From assembly GCA_047974845.1 (NCBI GenBank), contig JBKECQ010000041.1, positions 37,314 through 101,313 of the forward strand: a DNA stretch of 64,000 bases. The letters are read 5' to 3'. Shown here piece after piece: positions 8,895 through 18,972 of this stretch. The notes under the pieces were generated by a model. The model had not been told where the DNA came from. It saw only the letters and a list, made by a program, of their open reading frames with translations, and searched no databases. The position numbers and the translations under genes were made by a program. Positions within the stretch are counted from its first letter, which is position 1; every line of letters starts with the position of its first letter. Source of the stretch: Aminipila sp. (GTDB lineage Bacteria; Bacillota; Clostridia; Peptostreptococcales; Anaerovoracaceae).

Positions 8895-9759
8895 TATAAC
8901 ATTTTTATCAGAAAACAAAACAGACAATCCGGGATGTTTGGCGGAGCACGGGTTATCCATATATATTGAAGCACATAACAGAAGAATCCTCTTTGATGCA
9001 GGTGCTTCGGATGTATGTATTAAAAATGCTGAAACATTGGGTATTGATTTAGAAAAGGTGGATTCTGTAGTTATTAGTCATGGACATTATGATCATACCC
9101 AGGGCCTCCCGGCATTTTCTGAAATTAATAAGGATGCTGAAATATATATACATAAGGATGCCTTTGGAGAGTTTTATGGTATGGATGACGGAATATTAGA
9201 CGAGGACACTTGTGGAATTATATGGACAGCAGAAGAAAAAGAGCTATTATTGAAAAGAACGGTTTTGACAGACGGAATTTATAAGCTTTCCGAGGACATA
9301 ATAATATCAGGAGAAATACCAAATGTTGAAGGAGTGGAACCTCCGGAAAAATTCTATATAAAATGCTTTAATGATGATAATGAGCAGTTCCTGGAAGACA
9401 ACATGAGTCATGAGCAATTCCTAGCTATACGAGACAGAGATTCAGAAGGAAAATCCGGCGGCATATATTTATTTTCAGGTTGCAGTCATAAAGGCATTGT
9501 TCCCGTTATTAGATATGCTAAAGAGCTGTTCCCCGGTGAAAAAATACTAGGGCTTATAGCCGGAATGCATTTATATTGTGTTGATAAAGACATTAGGAGT
9601 AAAACAATTGATGAAATACTTAAGGCAGATGTTGAAATGGTAATGCCTGTTCATTGCACAGGGATAAAAGCTATTTGTGAGATTAAAGCGATAATGGGAG
9701 ATAAATGTGTTGTAGCTACGGCTGGAGATTATTTTCACTTACCAATGGCAACAGAATAA
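8887..9759 (+). CDS. MBL-fold metallo-hydrolase
   Basis: An HGHYDH motif in an MBL-like context. An 8-nt overlap with the upstream gene suggests translational coupling. Confidence 0.8.
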   Translation: MINITFLSENKTDNPGCLAEHGLSIYIEAHNRRILFDAGASDVCIKNAETLGIDLEKVDSVVISHGHYDHTQGLPAFSEINKDAEIYIHKDAFGEFYGMDDGILDEDTCGIIWTAEEKELLLKRTVLTDGIYKLSEDIIISGEIPNVEGVEPPEKFYIKCFNDDNEQFLEDNMSHEQFLAIRDRDSEGKSGGIYLFSGCSHKGIVPVIRYAKELFPGEKILGLIAGMHLYCVDKDIRSKTIDEILKADVEMVMPVHCTGIKAICEIKAIMGDKCVVATAGDYFHLPMATE

Positions 9760-9776
9760 TTTTAATGGAGTAATAA

Positions 9777-10295
9777 ATGAATGAGAAAGCACTAAACAAT
9801 GCACTAAAATATTTAACGATAAAAGATAGAACAGGTGCAGAAATGCAAACATACTTAAAAAGAAAGGAATATAGCTCACAGGATATTAAAGAAGTTTTAG
9901 AATATCTCGTGGAAATGAACTATATTAATGACAATGAGTATGCAATTAAATACTCAAAGGAGTTATGTACAAGGGGAAACGGAAGTGGCAAGGTTAAAAA
10001 CGAACTTGTAAAGAAAGGAATATCGGGAGAGATAATAAAGCAGGTAATGGCTGAATCTGATGATTTTGATATTGCAATAGAGAAAGAAAAAGCACTGGAA
10101 CAGGCTAAGAAGATTATTCTTAATAACTTTGATGAACTTAAAATTTCATACAGTGATGATTTTGAAACAAAAAAAATAAAATATAAAGCACAACAACAGC
10201 TTAAAGGCAAGATTGGGAGGAGATTAATTTCAAAGGGGTATTCTCAGGATATTGTTTTTTCAGTTATAAATGATATTTGCAAAGAATATCTGTAG
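9777..10295 (+). CDS. recX: Recombination regulator RecX
   Basis: Repeated three-helix RecX pattern (ALKYL...R...E...YL.RK....DI.EVLEYL.E..YINDNEYA). Confidence 0.8.
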   Translation: MNEKALNNALKYLTIKDRTGAEMQTYLKRKEYSSQDIKEVLEYLVEMNYINDNEYAIKYSKELCTRGNGSGKVKNELVKKGISGEIIKQVMAESDDFDIAIEKEKALEQAKKIILNNFDELKISYSDDFETKKIKYKAQQQLKGKIGRRLISKGYSQDIVFSVINDICKEYL

Positions 10296-10488
10296 TGACG
10301 TTTGTAAATGTATATTTCGCCCTAAAAAGACATAATAATACATTAAATTACACAAAATGCTTTTAAATTTATTTAATAAATGGTATCATATATTAAATAA
10401 AAAGATTCTGAATTGTGAGAAAATATTCGATTCTGGATTTTTTATTCTGCCCTTAAATAATAGTTTTAAAAAACGGTGGGAGGAATTT

Positions 10489-12486
10489 ATGAAATTTAGA
10501 AGCATAAGAACAAAAATCTTAGCTACTGTATTAATTGTTTTACTTTTATCCCTGGGTGCTGTATCTACGCTATTCGGAATTTTGAATATTAGGGGAACGG
10601 AAAAAACAGTTGAGAAAATCTTGACAGAAACCGCTGGTACGGCAGCTTTGGCTGTTGGCAATATGGTGACCGCGTATAAAAACATTATAAAAGAAATTGG
10701 GACGATTCCATCTCTTACAGATGAAACTTTAAGTGTAAAAGACAAAGAGGAAATTCTAAACGGAAAACTTAAAGAATATGGAATGGAAGAGATTGATATT
10801 ACTAATAAACAGGGAATCGATTTAAACGGCGAGAATGTTTCTATGAAAGAATTTTTTGAAGCATCTATAAATGGACAGCTTTTTATATCTTCGCCTATGA
10901 TGGACAAAGAAACTTCTAAAATGGTAGTTCATATATCAGCACCACTTTGGAAAGATGGATTGTTTGGTGGTGAAATTGTTGGTGTTGTGTATGCCAAAGA
11001 AGATGCGAATTTTATATCCAGTATTTCCAATGCAGTTGAAGTTGGAGATACGGGGTCTGCATATATAATTGACAGTAAGGGTATCACTATAGCCCACAAG
11101 AATGAAGAAGCTGTAATTAATATGGAGAGCACGGCAAAAGATGCTGAGAGTGACAAACAATTACTTCCATTGGCGGAACTAGAGGCTAGAGCAATTAAGG
11201 GTGAGGTTGGCTTTGGAGAATATACATATGGAGGTACAACTAAATTAACTACCTATGCACCTGTACCTAATACAGAGGGCTGGTCTGTTTTCGTAAATGT
11301 GGAGAAGAATGAGTTTATGAAACACTCCTATAATGCTTTGGTGATTTGTGCTATTTTGGCTATTATTGCATTAATCATTTCCACATTTGTTGTAATCCTT
11401 TTATCAAGAAGTATTTCAAAACCTATAAAAGAGGTGGAGAAAGTGGCGCTAGATTTATCGGAGGGGAACTTCGATATAACAATAGAATCTAAAAGCAATG
11501 ATGAACTTGGTAACTTGGCAAATAGTATGGAAAATATGGTGTCAATAACAAAGGACATTATTGATGATACTGTTAGAGGACTTGGACAGATTGCAAAGGG
11601 TAACTTTGACTTAAATCCTAATGTTGAGTATATTGGCATTTATAAAAAATTAGAAAACTCCATATGTGAAATTATTTTATCACTAAGTGAGACATTAAAC
11701 AGTGTAAAGAGTTCTGCTGAGCAAGTAAATATAGGTGCAGAGCAAGTATCGTCAGCCTCTCAGACTTTGGCTCAAGGTGCAGTTGAACAAGCAAGTTCAA
11801 TAGAAGAGCTGGCGGCATCAATCAGTGAAATCTCGGATAAAATAAATGAGAGTGCAAACAATGCGAGAACTGCCAATGAGCAATCTATTATTGTGGGAAA
11901 AGATTTGGCAGAAAGCACTGAGAAAATGAATAAAATGGTGTCGGCTATGAAGGACATCTCGTCTAAGTCCAGTGAGATTGGAAAGATTATAAAGACCATT
12001 GAAGACATTGCGTTCCAAACAAATATTTTAGCTCTTAATGCTGCGGTAGAGGCCGCAAGGGCAGGTGAAGCAGGAAAAGGCTTTGCTGTAGTGGCAGATG
12101 AAGTAAGAAACTTGGCTGGAAAATCAGCAGAAGCGGCAAAGGATACTACAGCCTTAATAAAAGACACGGTTAATGCAGTTAATGAAGGGACTTCAATAGC
12201 AGTGGAAACCGCTGATTCTATAGGCTATGTAGTGGAAAATACAAGAAGTGTTGTAGACTCTATGCATTTGATTGCAAATTCGGCAACAGAACAGGCTGCA
12301 TATATAAAACAGTTAACACTTGGGCTTGATCAGATTTCTTCAGTGGTTCAATCGAACTCGGCAACAGCAGAAGAAAGCGCGGCTGCAAGCCAAGAACTTT
12401 CTGCTCAAGCAGGTATGTTAAATGATGAAGTTAGTAAATTTGTAATTAAAAACTCTACAGATTTTTCGGTTAAACACACAAAATAA
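10489..12486 (+). CDS. Methyl-accepting chemotaxis protein (Cache-type sensor, HAMP, MCP signalling domain)
   Basis: TM1, a periplasmic Cache-like region, TM2, HAMP, and the highly conserved [39 protein letters not shown]. The ATG at 10489 follows an RBS GGGAGG; the listed 44-aa N-terminal extension has no RBS. Confidence 0.92.
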   Translation: MKFRSIRTKILATVLIVLLLSLGAVSTLFGILNIRGTEKTVEKILTETAGTAALAVGNMVTAYKNIIKEIGTIPSLTDETLSVKDKEEILNGKLKEYGMEEIDITNKQGIDLNGENVSMKEFFEASINGQLFISSPMMDKETSKMVVHISAPLWKDGLFGGEIVGVVYAKEDANFISSISNAVEVGDTGSAYIIDSKGITIAHKNEEAVINMESTAKDAESDKQLLPLAELEARAIKGEVGFGEYTYGGTTKLTTYAPVPNTEGWSVFVNVEKNEFMKHSYNALVICAILAIIALIISTFVVILLSRSISKPIKEVEKVALDLSEGNFDITIESKSNDELGNLANSMENMVSITKDIIDDTVRGLGQIAKGNFDLNPNVEYIGIYKKLENSICEIILSLSETLNSVKSSAEQVNIGAEQVSSASQTLAQGAVEQASSIEELAASISEISDKINESANNARTANEQSIIVGKDLAESTEKMNKMVSAMKDISSKSSEIGKIIKTIEDIAFQTNILALNAAVEAARAGEAGKGFAVVADEVRNLAGKSAEAAKDTTALIKDTVNAVNEGTSIAVETADSIGYVVENTRSVVDSMHLIANSATEQAAYIKQLTLGLDQISSVVQSNSATAEESAAASQELSAQAGMLNDEVSKFVIKNSTDFSVKHTK

Positions 12487-12528
12487 GAATAAATTTCTTG
12501 ACATAAATAAACAAAAGCTATAGAATAA

Positions 12529-12557
12529 AAAAGGATATGCGAAATGCATATCCTTTT
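12529..12557 (+). terminator. Intrinsic terminator of the MCP gene
   Basis: AAAAGGATATGC-gaaat-GCATATCCTTTT, a perfect 12-bp stem that includes the T-run. Confidence 0.85.
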
Positions 12558-12558
12558 G

Positions 12559-12722
12559 TTGAAGCCTTGCCCGTATCTTTGATAGGTTGCGCAAGTCTCA
12601 TACAGAAATTCCCCAAAACCGATTGGAAGGAATTTTTCAGTTGAAGCCTTGCCCGTATCTTGTATAGGTTGCGCAAGTCTCATACAGAAATTCCCCAAAA
12701 CTGATTGGAAGGAATTTTTCAG
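12559..12722 (+). repeat. Head-to-tail tandem duplication, 2 x 82 bp
   Basis: Unit 1 is 12559-12640 and unit 2 is 12641-12722. They differ only at a few positions (TTTGATAGG vs TTGTATAGG; AACCGATT vs AACTGATT). Each unit ends in the hairpin GAAATTCC-CCAA...TTGG-AAGGAATTT followed by TTTTC. Confidence 0.9.
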
Positions 12723-12734
12723 TTAACTAAATAT

Positions 12735-12950
12735 ACCTAAGCAATGAAGGAACCAGTAGTAACTATGTAAAATCCTTACAGAGAAATATGCAAGAGCTGA
12801 GAGCATATTGGTGAAATAGTATATGAATATCACTCCGGAGCTTTATCACAATTAAGAGGCAGAATAAATATGGTTTGTTTTGCAAATAGGGTGGTACCGC
12901 GGTTATTAATAATCGTCCCTAATTCACGTATGTGGATTAGGGATTTTTTA
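12735..12950 (+). ncRNA. T-box leader (Ile specifier AUC) controlling ileS
   Basis: Stem I elements are present: AATGAAGG...AGTAG GA motif, AGAGA bulge, GCTGAGAGC distal loop and TGGTGAAA. The specifier GAAT-ATC-A is at 12829-12831. The T-box sequence AAATAGGGTGGTACCGCGG is at 12885-12903. The terminator TCCCTAAT...ATTAGGGA plus TTTTTT is at 12916-12949. Confidence 0.9.
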
Positions 12951-13144
12951 TTGTGTAGGAAATATTAACTATGACATTTGAAGGGATAAAATACTTTGTA
13001 TTTTGGAACTTCAAAACAGAATAGATGGTTAAGTATATTTTATCTTTGGAAATATCGGAGAAAAAGATTGATTATATACATAATTAAGTGGATATAACTA
13101 CTTTTGTACGATTTATATAGGATTTAGAAAGGGAGCTGATAATA

Positions 13145-16100
13145 ATGTTTAAGAATTTATCTGAGAAACCCATAGCAGAATGCCAGCACGAGCAGGCAGT
13201 GGCTTGGGAAAACGAGAAACTTTTGGAAAAGTGTGTTACAACAAGAGAGGGTATGCCATCATTCGTATTTTACGAGGGACCTCCTACCGCAAATGGAAGA
13301 CCGGGAATACATCACGTGATTGCAAGAACTTTAAAGGATTCAGTTTGTAGATATAAAACTATGCAAGGCTATGCTGTAAAAAGAAAAGCCGGTTGGGATA
13401 CACACGGACTTCCTGTTGAAATAGAGGTTGAAAAGCAACTTTCCATGTCCGGTAAACAGGATATAGAAAAATACGGTATTAAAGAATTTAATGAAAAATG
13501 TAGAGAATCTGTATTTACTTACGAAGGTATGTGGAGACAGATGACTGAAAGAATGGGATACTTAATTGACCTTGACAATCCTTATATTACCCTAGACAAT
13601 AATTTTATTGAATCAGGATGGTGGATTTTAAAGGAATTCTTTAAAGCAGGAATGATTTATGAAGGACATAAAATTCTTCCTTATTGCCCACGTTGCGGAA
13701 CAGGTCTAGCTTCTCATGAAGTAGCACAGGGATATAAAGAAGTAAAAACACAGACTATTACTGCTAAATTTAAGAGAAAAGATGCAGATGAGTATTTCTT
13801 AGCATGGACAACTACTCCTTGGACTCTAGCATCTAATGTTGCACTTACTGTTGGTCCAAATGTTGATTATGTTAAAGTAAAGATGCATGATGACACAGAA
13901 GAGAGCGGAAAAGTTTTTTATGTGGCAAAAAACCTTGCGGACAAGGTATTGGGTCAAGAAAAGTATGACATCCTTGAAGAAATGAAGGGTAAGGATTTAG
14001 AATATCTTGAGTATGAACAGTTAATGCCATTTATAAAGCCGGATAAAAAGGCTTTCTTTGTAACTTGTGCAGACTATGTAACAATTGAAGATGGTACTGG
14101 AATCGTACATTCAGCTCCTGCATTTGGTGAAGATGACTATCAAACAGGAAGAAGATATGATTTACCTGTATTAAATCCTGTAGATGAACAAGGTAATTAT
14201 ACGGATACACCATGGGCTGGCAGATTTGTAATGGAAGATGGCCTTGATGTAGATATAATCAAATGGCTTGCCGCAGAAAAGAAGATTTTTGCTAAGGAAA
14301 AAATGGAGCACAATTATCCTCACTGTTGGAGATGTAGCACTCCGTTGATTTACTATGCAAAGCCAAGCTGGTATATTGAAATGACTAGACTAAAGGATCA
14401 GCTAGTTGAAAACAATAAAACAGTAAACTGGTTCCCTGATTATGTTGGAGAAAAGAGATTTGGAAACTGGCTGGAAAATGTAAACGATTGGGCAATTTCC
14501 AGAAATAGATATTGGGGCACACCAATTCCAATTTGGAGATGTGAATGCGGACACTTAGAGTGCATTGGAAGCAGGGCTGAACTTGTTGAAAAAGCACAGG
14601 AAAATATAACTGAGGATATTGAACTTCATAGACCATATGTGGATGATGTACATTTAACTTGCTCTGAGTGTGGTAAGACTATGACAAGAATACCTGAAGT
14701 TATGGACTGTTGGTTTGATTCAGGTGCTATGCCTTTTGCACAACATCACTACCCGTTTGAAAACAAAGAGAAATTTGATGAAGAATTATTCCCGGCAGAC
14801 TTTATTTGCGAGGGTATAGACCAGACTAGAGGTTGGTTCTACTCACTTCTTGCCATATCAACATTCATAAAGGGAAAAGCTCCATATAAGAATGTTCTTG
14901 TAAACGATCTTATCCTTGATAAAGAAGGCAAAAAAATGAGTAAGTCAAAAGGCAATACCGTTGATCCATTTGCACTTTTTGACAAGTACGGTGCGGATGC
15001 TACCAGATGGTACCTTCTTTACGTTTCACCAGCTTGGTCTCCAACTAAGTTTGACGAGGATGGATTAATTGAGGTAATCAGTAAATTCTTTGGAACTTTG
15101 AGAAATGTATATAATTTCTTTGTACTTTATTCAAATCAGGATGATATTAATCCTTCAAAGCTTGAAGTGTCATATGAAAACAGACCGGAATTGGACAGAT
15201 GGATTCTTTCAAAGTACAATCAGTTAGTTTTAGATGTTACTGCTGAAATGGAAAGATATGACCATATGAAAACTGTAAGAAAGATTCAGGACTTTGTTTC
15301 TGAAGACCTTTCAAATTGGTATATAAGACGTGCAAGAAGAAGGTTCTGGGGTGAAGAATTAACTGAAGATAAGAAGAGTGTATACGCTACAACATATGAA
15401 ATTTTAGTAGGCGTTTCTCAGCTTATTGCACCTTTTGCTCCGTTTATTTCAGATGAAATATATACAAAGCTTACAGGAAATGAATCTGTTCACATTTCAT
15501 TCTTCCCTAAGGCAAATGAAACTCTAATTGACAAAAATGTAGAGGAAAGAATGGATCTTGTAAGAACTCTGGTTGCACTTGGAAGAGGAACAAGAGAAAA
15601 AGAGAAGATAAAAGTAAGACAACCATTATCAGAAATTCTTGTAGATGGTAAATATGAGGCTCTAATCGGAGATTTAACACCGTTAATCATGGAAGAATTA
15701 AATGTTAAGAATGTTGTTTTTGAAACTCAGTTAGACAAATTTATTGACTATAGCTTAAAACCAAACTTTAAGGTGGCAGGACCTATTTTAGGTGCTAAAA
15801 TAAAGGCGTTTGGCGGAGCACTGGCTAAGGCAGACCCGGCAGAGCTTGTTGGAAAGCTGGAAGCTGTAGGAGAGGCTGTATTAAATGTAGATGGCGAAGA
15901 CTTTACCATTAATAAAGAACTAGTGGAAATAAAGATTAACGCTAAGGACGGATTCTCTGTATCTATGGAGAACAATGTCTTTACTATTCTTGATACAACT
16001 CTTAATAAAGATCTTATTGAGGAAGGGCTTGCAAGAGAACTTATCTCAAAGGTACAACAATTGAGAAAGCAAAATGATTTTGAAATGATGGATAATATTA

Positions 16101-16261
16101 AGATTTATGTTTCTTCTGACGAAGAAGTAAAATCTGCTATTACAGCTCATAAAGAATATATTATGAAGGAAACTCTTGCTGTTGCAATTGAAGAAAAGTC
16201 CGGTTTAACAGAATATGAACTAAACGGACATAAAACAGGAATTGATGTAGAAAGAGTATAA
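13145..16261 (+). CDS. ileS: Isoleucine--tRNA ligase (type 2, 1038 aa)
   Basis: HIGH-type motif PTANGRPGIHH and KMSKS (KKMSKSKGN) are present, with an editing-domain insert. An Ile T-box lies upstream. Confidence 0.97.
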   Translation: MFKNLSEKPIAECQHEQAVAWENEKLLEKCVTTREGMPSFVFYEGPPTANGRPGIHHVIARTLKDSVCRYKTMQGYAVKRKAGWDTHGLPVEIEVEKQLSMSGKQDIEKYGIKEFNEKCRESVFTYEGMWRQMTERMGYLIDLDNPYITLDNNFIESGWWILKEFFKAGMIYEGHKILPYCPRCGTGLASHEVAQGYKEVKTQTITAKFKRKDADEYFLAWTTTPWTLASNVALTVGPNVDYVKVKMHDDTEESGKVFYVAKNLADKVLGQEKYDILEEMKGKDLEYLEYEQLMPFIKPDKKAFFVTCADYVTIEDGTGIVHSAPAFGEDDYQTGRRYDLPVLNPVDEQGNYTDTPWAGRFVMEDGLDVDIIKWLAAEKKIFAKEKMEHNYPHCWRCSTPLIYYAKPSWYIEMTRLKDQLVENNKTVNWFPDYVGEKRFGNWLENVNDWAISRNRYWGTPIPIWRCECGHLECIGSRAELVEKAQENITEDIELHRPYVDDVHLTCSECGKTMTRIPEVMDCWFDSGAMPFAQHHYPFENKEKFDEELFPADFICEGIDQTRGWFYSLLAISTFIKGKAPYKNVLVNDLILDKEGKKMSKSKGNTVDPFALFDKYGADATRWYLLYVSPAWSPTKFDEDGLIEVISKFFGTLRNVYNFFVLYSNQDDINPSKLEVSYENRPELDRWILSKYNQLVLDVTAEMERYDHMKTVRKIQDFVSEDLSNWYIRRARRRFWGEELTEDKKSVYATTYEILVGVSQLIAPFAPFISDEIYTKLTGNESVHISFFPKANETLIDKNVEERMDLVRTLVALGRGTREKEKIKVRQPLSEILVDGKYEALIGDLTPLIMEELNVKNVVFETQLDKFIDYSLKPNFKVAGPILGAKIKAFGGALAKADPAELVGKLEAVGEAVLNVDGEDFTINKELVEIKINAKDGFSVSMENNVFTILDTTLNKDLIEEGLARELISKVQQLRKQNDFEMMDNIKIYVSSDEEVKSAITAHKEYIMKETLAVAIEEKSGLTEYELNGHKTGIDVERV

Positions 16262-16277
16262 CTAAATAGACGCTTTA

Positions 16278-16315
16278 AAAAACCGTTTCTAATTTTTAAT
16301 AGAAACGGTTTTTGT
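16278..16315 (+). terminator. Intrinsic terminator of ileS
   Basis: AAACCGTTTCTA-loop-TAGAAACGGTTT followed by TTTG. Confidence 0.85.
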
Positions 16316-16396
16316 ATTGGATAAATATAGGATTTGTAGTATGATTATATTACAACTTAAAATTATAAAAAAAGAACGAATTTATAGGAGGTTAAA

Positions 16397-17272
16397 ATGA
16401 GAAAATTATTAAGCGTATTACTTGTTATAACTTTAGTATGCAGTGGCTTTGTTGTATCTTTTGCAAAGGATTCAGAAAGTAAAACTGCCCAACTTAGACC
16501 TGATTATAAAATTATAATTGACGGTACACAGTGCGGATTTAAAAATTCTAACGGGAATTATGTTTACCCTTTGGTGTATAAAAACTCTACATATTTACCT
16601 TTGAGATCCATTGGCGAGGTAATAGGTAAAAATGTAAACTGGGATGAAGCTAACAAAACAATAACTTTAAGCGGCAATAAAAATGTGACATTAATTAAAG
16701 TTCCGGAAACTACTGTAGATAAGCAGAATATAAGTATTCAGGTAAGACCGGATTTTAAGATTGTAATAGATGAAAAGGTTATTGAGTTTAAAGATGCAAA
16801 GGGTGACAGAGTATATCCTGTACTTTATAACGGGTCAACTTATCTTCCAATAAGGGCAATTGGAGAGATAATGGGTAAAACTGTTGAGTGGGACAATGCT
16901 AGTAAAACTATTACACTGGGCAGTAGCACAAATACAGTTACAGATGCAGACAGCTTTAACACATCTAATGTTGTAAATAATGAAAATAAACCAACTACTA
17001 ATACAGATAAGAATAACTCTAATAATTCAGACAAGAATAGTAGTGACATAGGTTTAGAAAAAGCTAAAGAAATCGTATTAAAACACGCAAAACTAGATTC
17101 AAGTAAAGTAACATTTACAAAACAAAAACTAGATATAGATGATGGAAAAAGAGTGTATGAAATAGACTGTGTGTCAGGAGACAAATCATATGAATATGAA
17201 GTTAGAGCACATGACGGAAAAATTTTAGATTTCGACATAGATAATATTCATGATGATGAAGATAATGACTAG
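16397..17272 (+). CDS. Secreted protein with two copper-amine-oxidase-N-terminal-like (stalk) repeats and a C-terminal PepSY domain
   Basis: A signal peptide, then two repeats of VYP..Y..STYLP.R.IGE..GK.V.WD...KTITL, an N/S/T-rich linker, and a PepSY-like C-terminus (KAKEIVLKHAKLD...YEIDC...YEYEVRAHDGKILD). Confidence 0.75.
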   Translation: MRKLLSVLLVITLVCSGFVVSFAKDSESKTAQLRPDYKIIIDGTQCGFKNSNGNYVYPLVYKNSTYLPLRSIGEVIGKNVNWDEANKTITLSGNKNVTLIKVPETTVDKQNISIQVRPDFKIVIDEKVIEFKDAKGDRVYPVLYNGSTYLPIRAIGEIMGKTVEWDNASKTITLGSSTNTVTDADSFNTSNVVNNENKPTTNTDKNNSNNSDKNSSDIGLEKAKEIVLKHAKLDSSKVTFTKQKLDIDDGKRVYEIDCVSGDKSYEYEVRAHDGKILDFDIDNIHDDEDND

Positions 17273-17312
17273 GCATAAATAAAAATAACTAATAGGATTG
17301 AAGAGTATAAAT

Positions 17313-18356
17313 ATGAATAAAACTAATTTGAAAGATTTGACCATTGAAGAAATGGAGCAATACTTTGAACAAATGGATGAAAAGAAGTTTAGGGCAAAGC
17401 AAGTATACCAATGGTTATATAAAGGAGTTTCTAACTTTGAAGAAATGACCAACATCTCAAAGGGACTAAGAGATAAGTTAGAAGCAAACACAGAGATTGG
17501 GTCTTTAGAAATAATTCAAAAGCAGGTTTCTAAAAACGATGGCACTAGAAAGTACTTATTTGGCTTAAAGGACGGAAATAGTATTGAAAGTGTATTTATG
17601 AAATATAAGCATGGAAACTCAATTTGTATATCCTCACAAGCGGGTTGTCGCATGGGATGTAAATTTTGTGCATCAACTATTGGGGGTCTAAAGAGAAATT
17701 TATCAGCAGGTGAGATAATTGATCAAATTGTTTCTGTAGAACGAGATACAGGAGAAAAGATTAGTAACATTGTGGTCATGGGAACAGGAGAACCATTTGA
17801 TAATTATGAAAACCTTTCAAAGTTTATTCATATTGTTAATAGTAAAGATGGCTTAAATATTGGCATGAGGGGAATAACGGTATCGACTTGCGGTATTCTA
17901 CCTAAAATTGAAGAGTTTGTACATGATTTCCCTCAAGTTAATCTAGCCATTTCACTTCATGCGCCTAACGACAAGATTAGAAGCACTACAATGCCTATAA
18001 ATAAAAAGTATCCAATTGATGAATTAATAAAAGTATGTAAAAAATACACTGACACAAGCAACAGACGAATCACTTTTGAATATGCTTTAGTAAAGGGGGT
18101 TAATGATAAAGACGAACACGCTGTAGAATTGGCATCAAGATTAAGGGGAATTCTTTGTCATGTAAACCTGATTCCTCTAAACAGTGTAAATGAAAGTGAG
18201 TATGAAGGCAGTTCAAGAAAAAATGCACAACTTTTTAAAGATAAATTGGAAAAACTAGGTATTACTACTACGGTGAGAAGAGAGCTGGGAAGTGATATAG
18301 ATGCGGCATGTGGTCAATTAAGATTGAACAATTATGAAAATTTTGAAAATTGTTAG
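17313..18356 (+). CDS. rlmN: 23S rRNA/tRNA A2503/A37 C2-methyltransferase RlmN (radical SAM)
   Basis: FRAKQVYQWLY, radical-SAM CRMGCKFCAS, GTGEP, and the C-terminal ACGQL. The ATG at 17313 is preferred over the listed TTG at 17298. Confidence 0.93.
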   Translation: MNKTNLKDLTIEEMEQYFEQMDEKKFRAKQVYQWLYKGVSNFEEMTNISKGLRDKLEANTEIGSLEIIQKQVSKNDGTRKYLFGLKDGNSIESVFMKYKHGNSICISSQAGCRMGCKFCASTIGGLKRNLSAGEIIDQIVSVERDTGEKISNIVVMGTGEPFDNYENLSKFIHIVNSKDGLNIGMRGITVSTCGILPKIEEFVHDFPQVNLAISLHAPNDKIRSTTMPINKKYPIDELIKVCKKYTDTSNRRITFEYALVKGVNDKDEHAVELASRLRGILCHVNLIPLNSVNESEYEGSSRKNAQLFKDKLEKLGITTTVRRELGSDIDAACGQLRLNNYENFENC

Positions 18357-18365
18357 CACTTATTA

Positions 18366-18394
18366 CTTATTTATCTTGATTAGGCATAATTGAT
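18366..18394 (+). promoter_or_regulatory. Sigma-A-type promoter (TTGATT-17 nt-TATAAT) upstream of the small P-loop ORF
   Basis: -35 at 18366-18371, a 17-nt spacer, -10 at 18389-18394, about 80 nt before the ATG at 18477. Confidence 0.55.
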
Positions 18395-18476
18395 GGTGTA
18401 TAATGGGTTCAAACAAGCTGTTATAGCAAGTTCGAGTATGCAAGTTATTGCATAGCTGAAAGAGGAGGCGATTAAA

Positions 18477-18899
18477 ATGGTTAAGTTATTAATCGGTAAA
18501 AAGGGTTCAGGAAAAACGAAAACAATGCTTGACATGGCCAATGAGGGGATTGAGGAAAGCAAAGGTAGTGTTATATTTATTAATAAAAATCAAAGGCTTA
18601 TGTGTGATTTAAAGCATAAGATTCGGGTTGTGTGTATGGAAGATTTTCCTCATATAACCAATAGTGATGAATACATTGGATTCCTGTACGGTATAATTAG
18701 TTCTGACCATGATATTGAAAAAGTCTTTATTGATAGCATACTTAAACATGCAGATATTAATGAAGAAAGTGTTCCCGAGTTTATTGAAAGGCTCAAAAAT
18801 ATATCAAAGAGATATGATATTGAGTTTATAGTAAGCTTAAGCCTCGAAAGAGAACAGCTGAAAAGTGTTGATTTAGAAGCATTTGAGATTATGAATTAA
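18477..18899 (+). CDS. Small (140 aa) P-loop protein of unknown function
   Basis: A strong RBS GAGGAGG, Walker A-like GKKGSGKT at residues 7-14 and a Walker B-like hydrophobic strand with Asp (KVFIDS). It has its own promoter and terminator. No family recognised. Confidence 0.6.
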   Translation: MVKLLIGKKGSGKTKTMLDMANEGIEESKGSVIFINKNQRLMCDLKHKIRVVCMEDFPHITNSDEYIGFLYGIISSDHDIEKVFIDSILKHADINEESVPEFIERLKNISKRYDIEFIVSLSLEREQLKSVDLEAFEIMN

Positions 18900-18930
18900 A
18901 TTAGAGTATTCTAGCAAGAAATTGCTTGAT

Positions 18931-18963
18931 AAAATGGCGGTGATACAATCACCGCCATTTTTG
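18931..18963 (+). terminator. Intrinsic terminator
   Basis: AAATGGCGGTGA-tacaa-TCACCGCCATTT followed by TT. Confidence 0.85.
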
Positions 18964-18972
18964 GGATTGAAT

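Noticed and set aside
10357-10488. 44-aa N-terminal extension of the MCP in the ORF track
   Set aside because: It has no RBS. The internal ATG at 10489 has GGGAGG upstream and begins a canonical signal/TM segment.
12405-12698. Listed 97-aa ORF on the - strand spanning the 82-bp tandem repeat
   Set aside because: It reads through the MCP 3' end, the terminator and both repeat units, and has no RBS. It is an artefact of the duplication.
12559-12722. CRISPR-like array (also considered for 21292-21425 and 28885-28947)
   Set aside because: The repeats are directly abutting with no spacers. Two of the three are in-frame coding repeats, and no cas genes are present.
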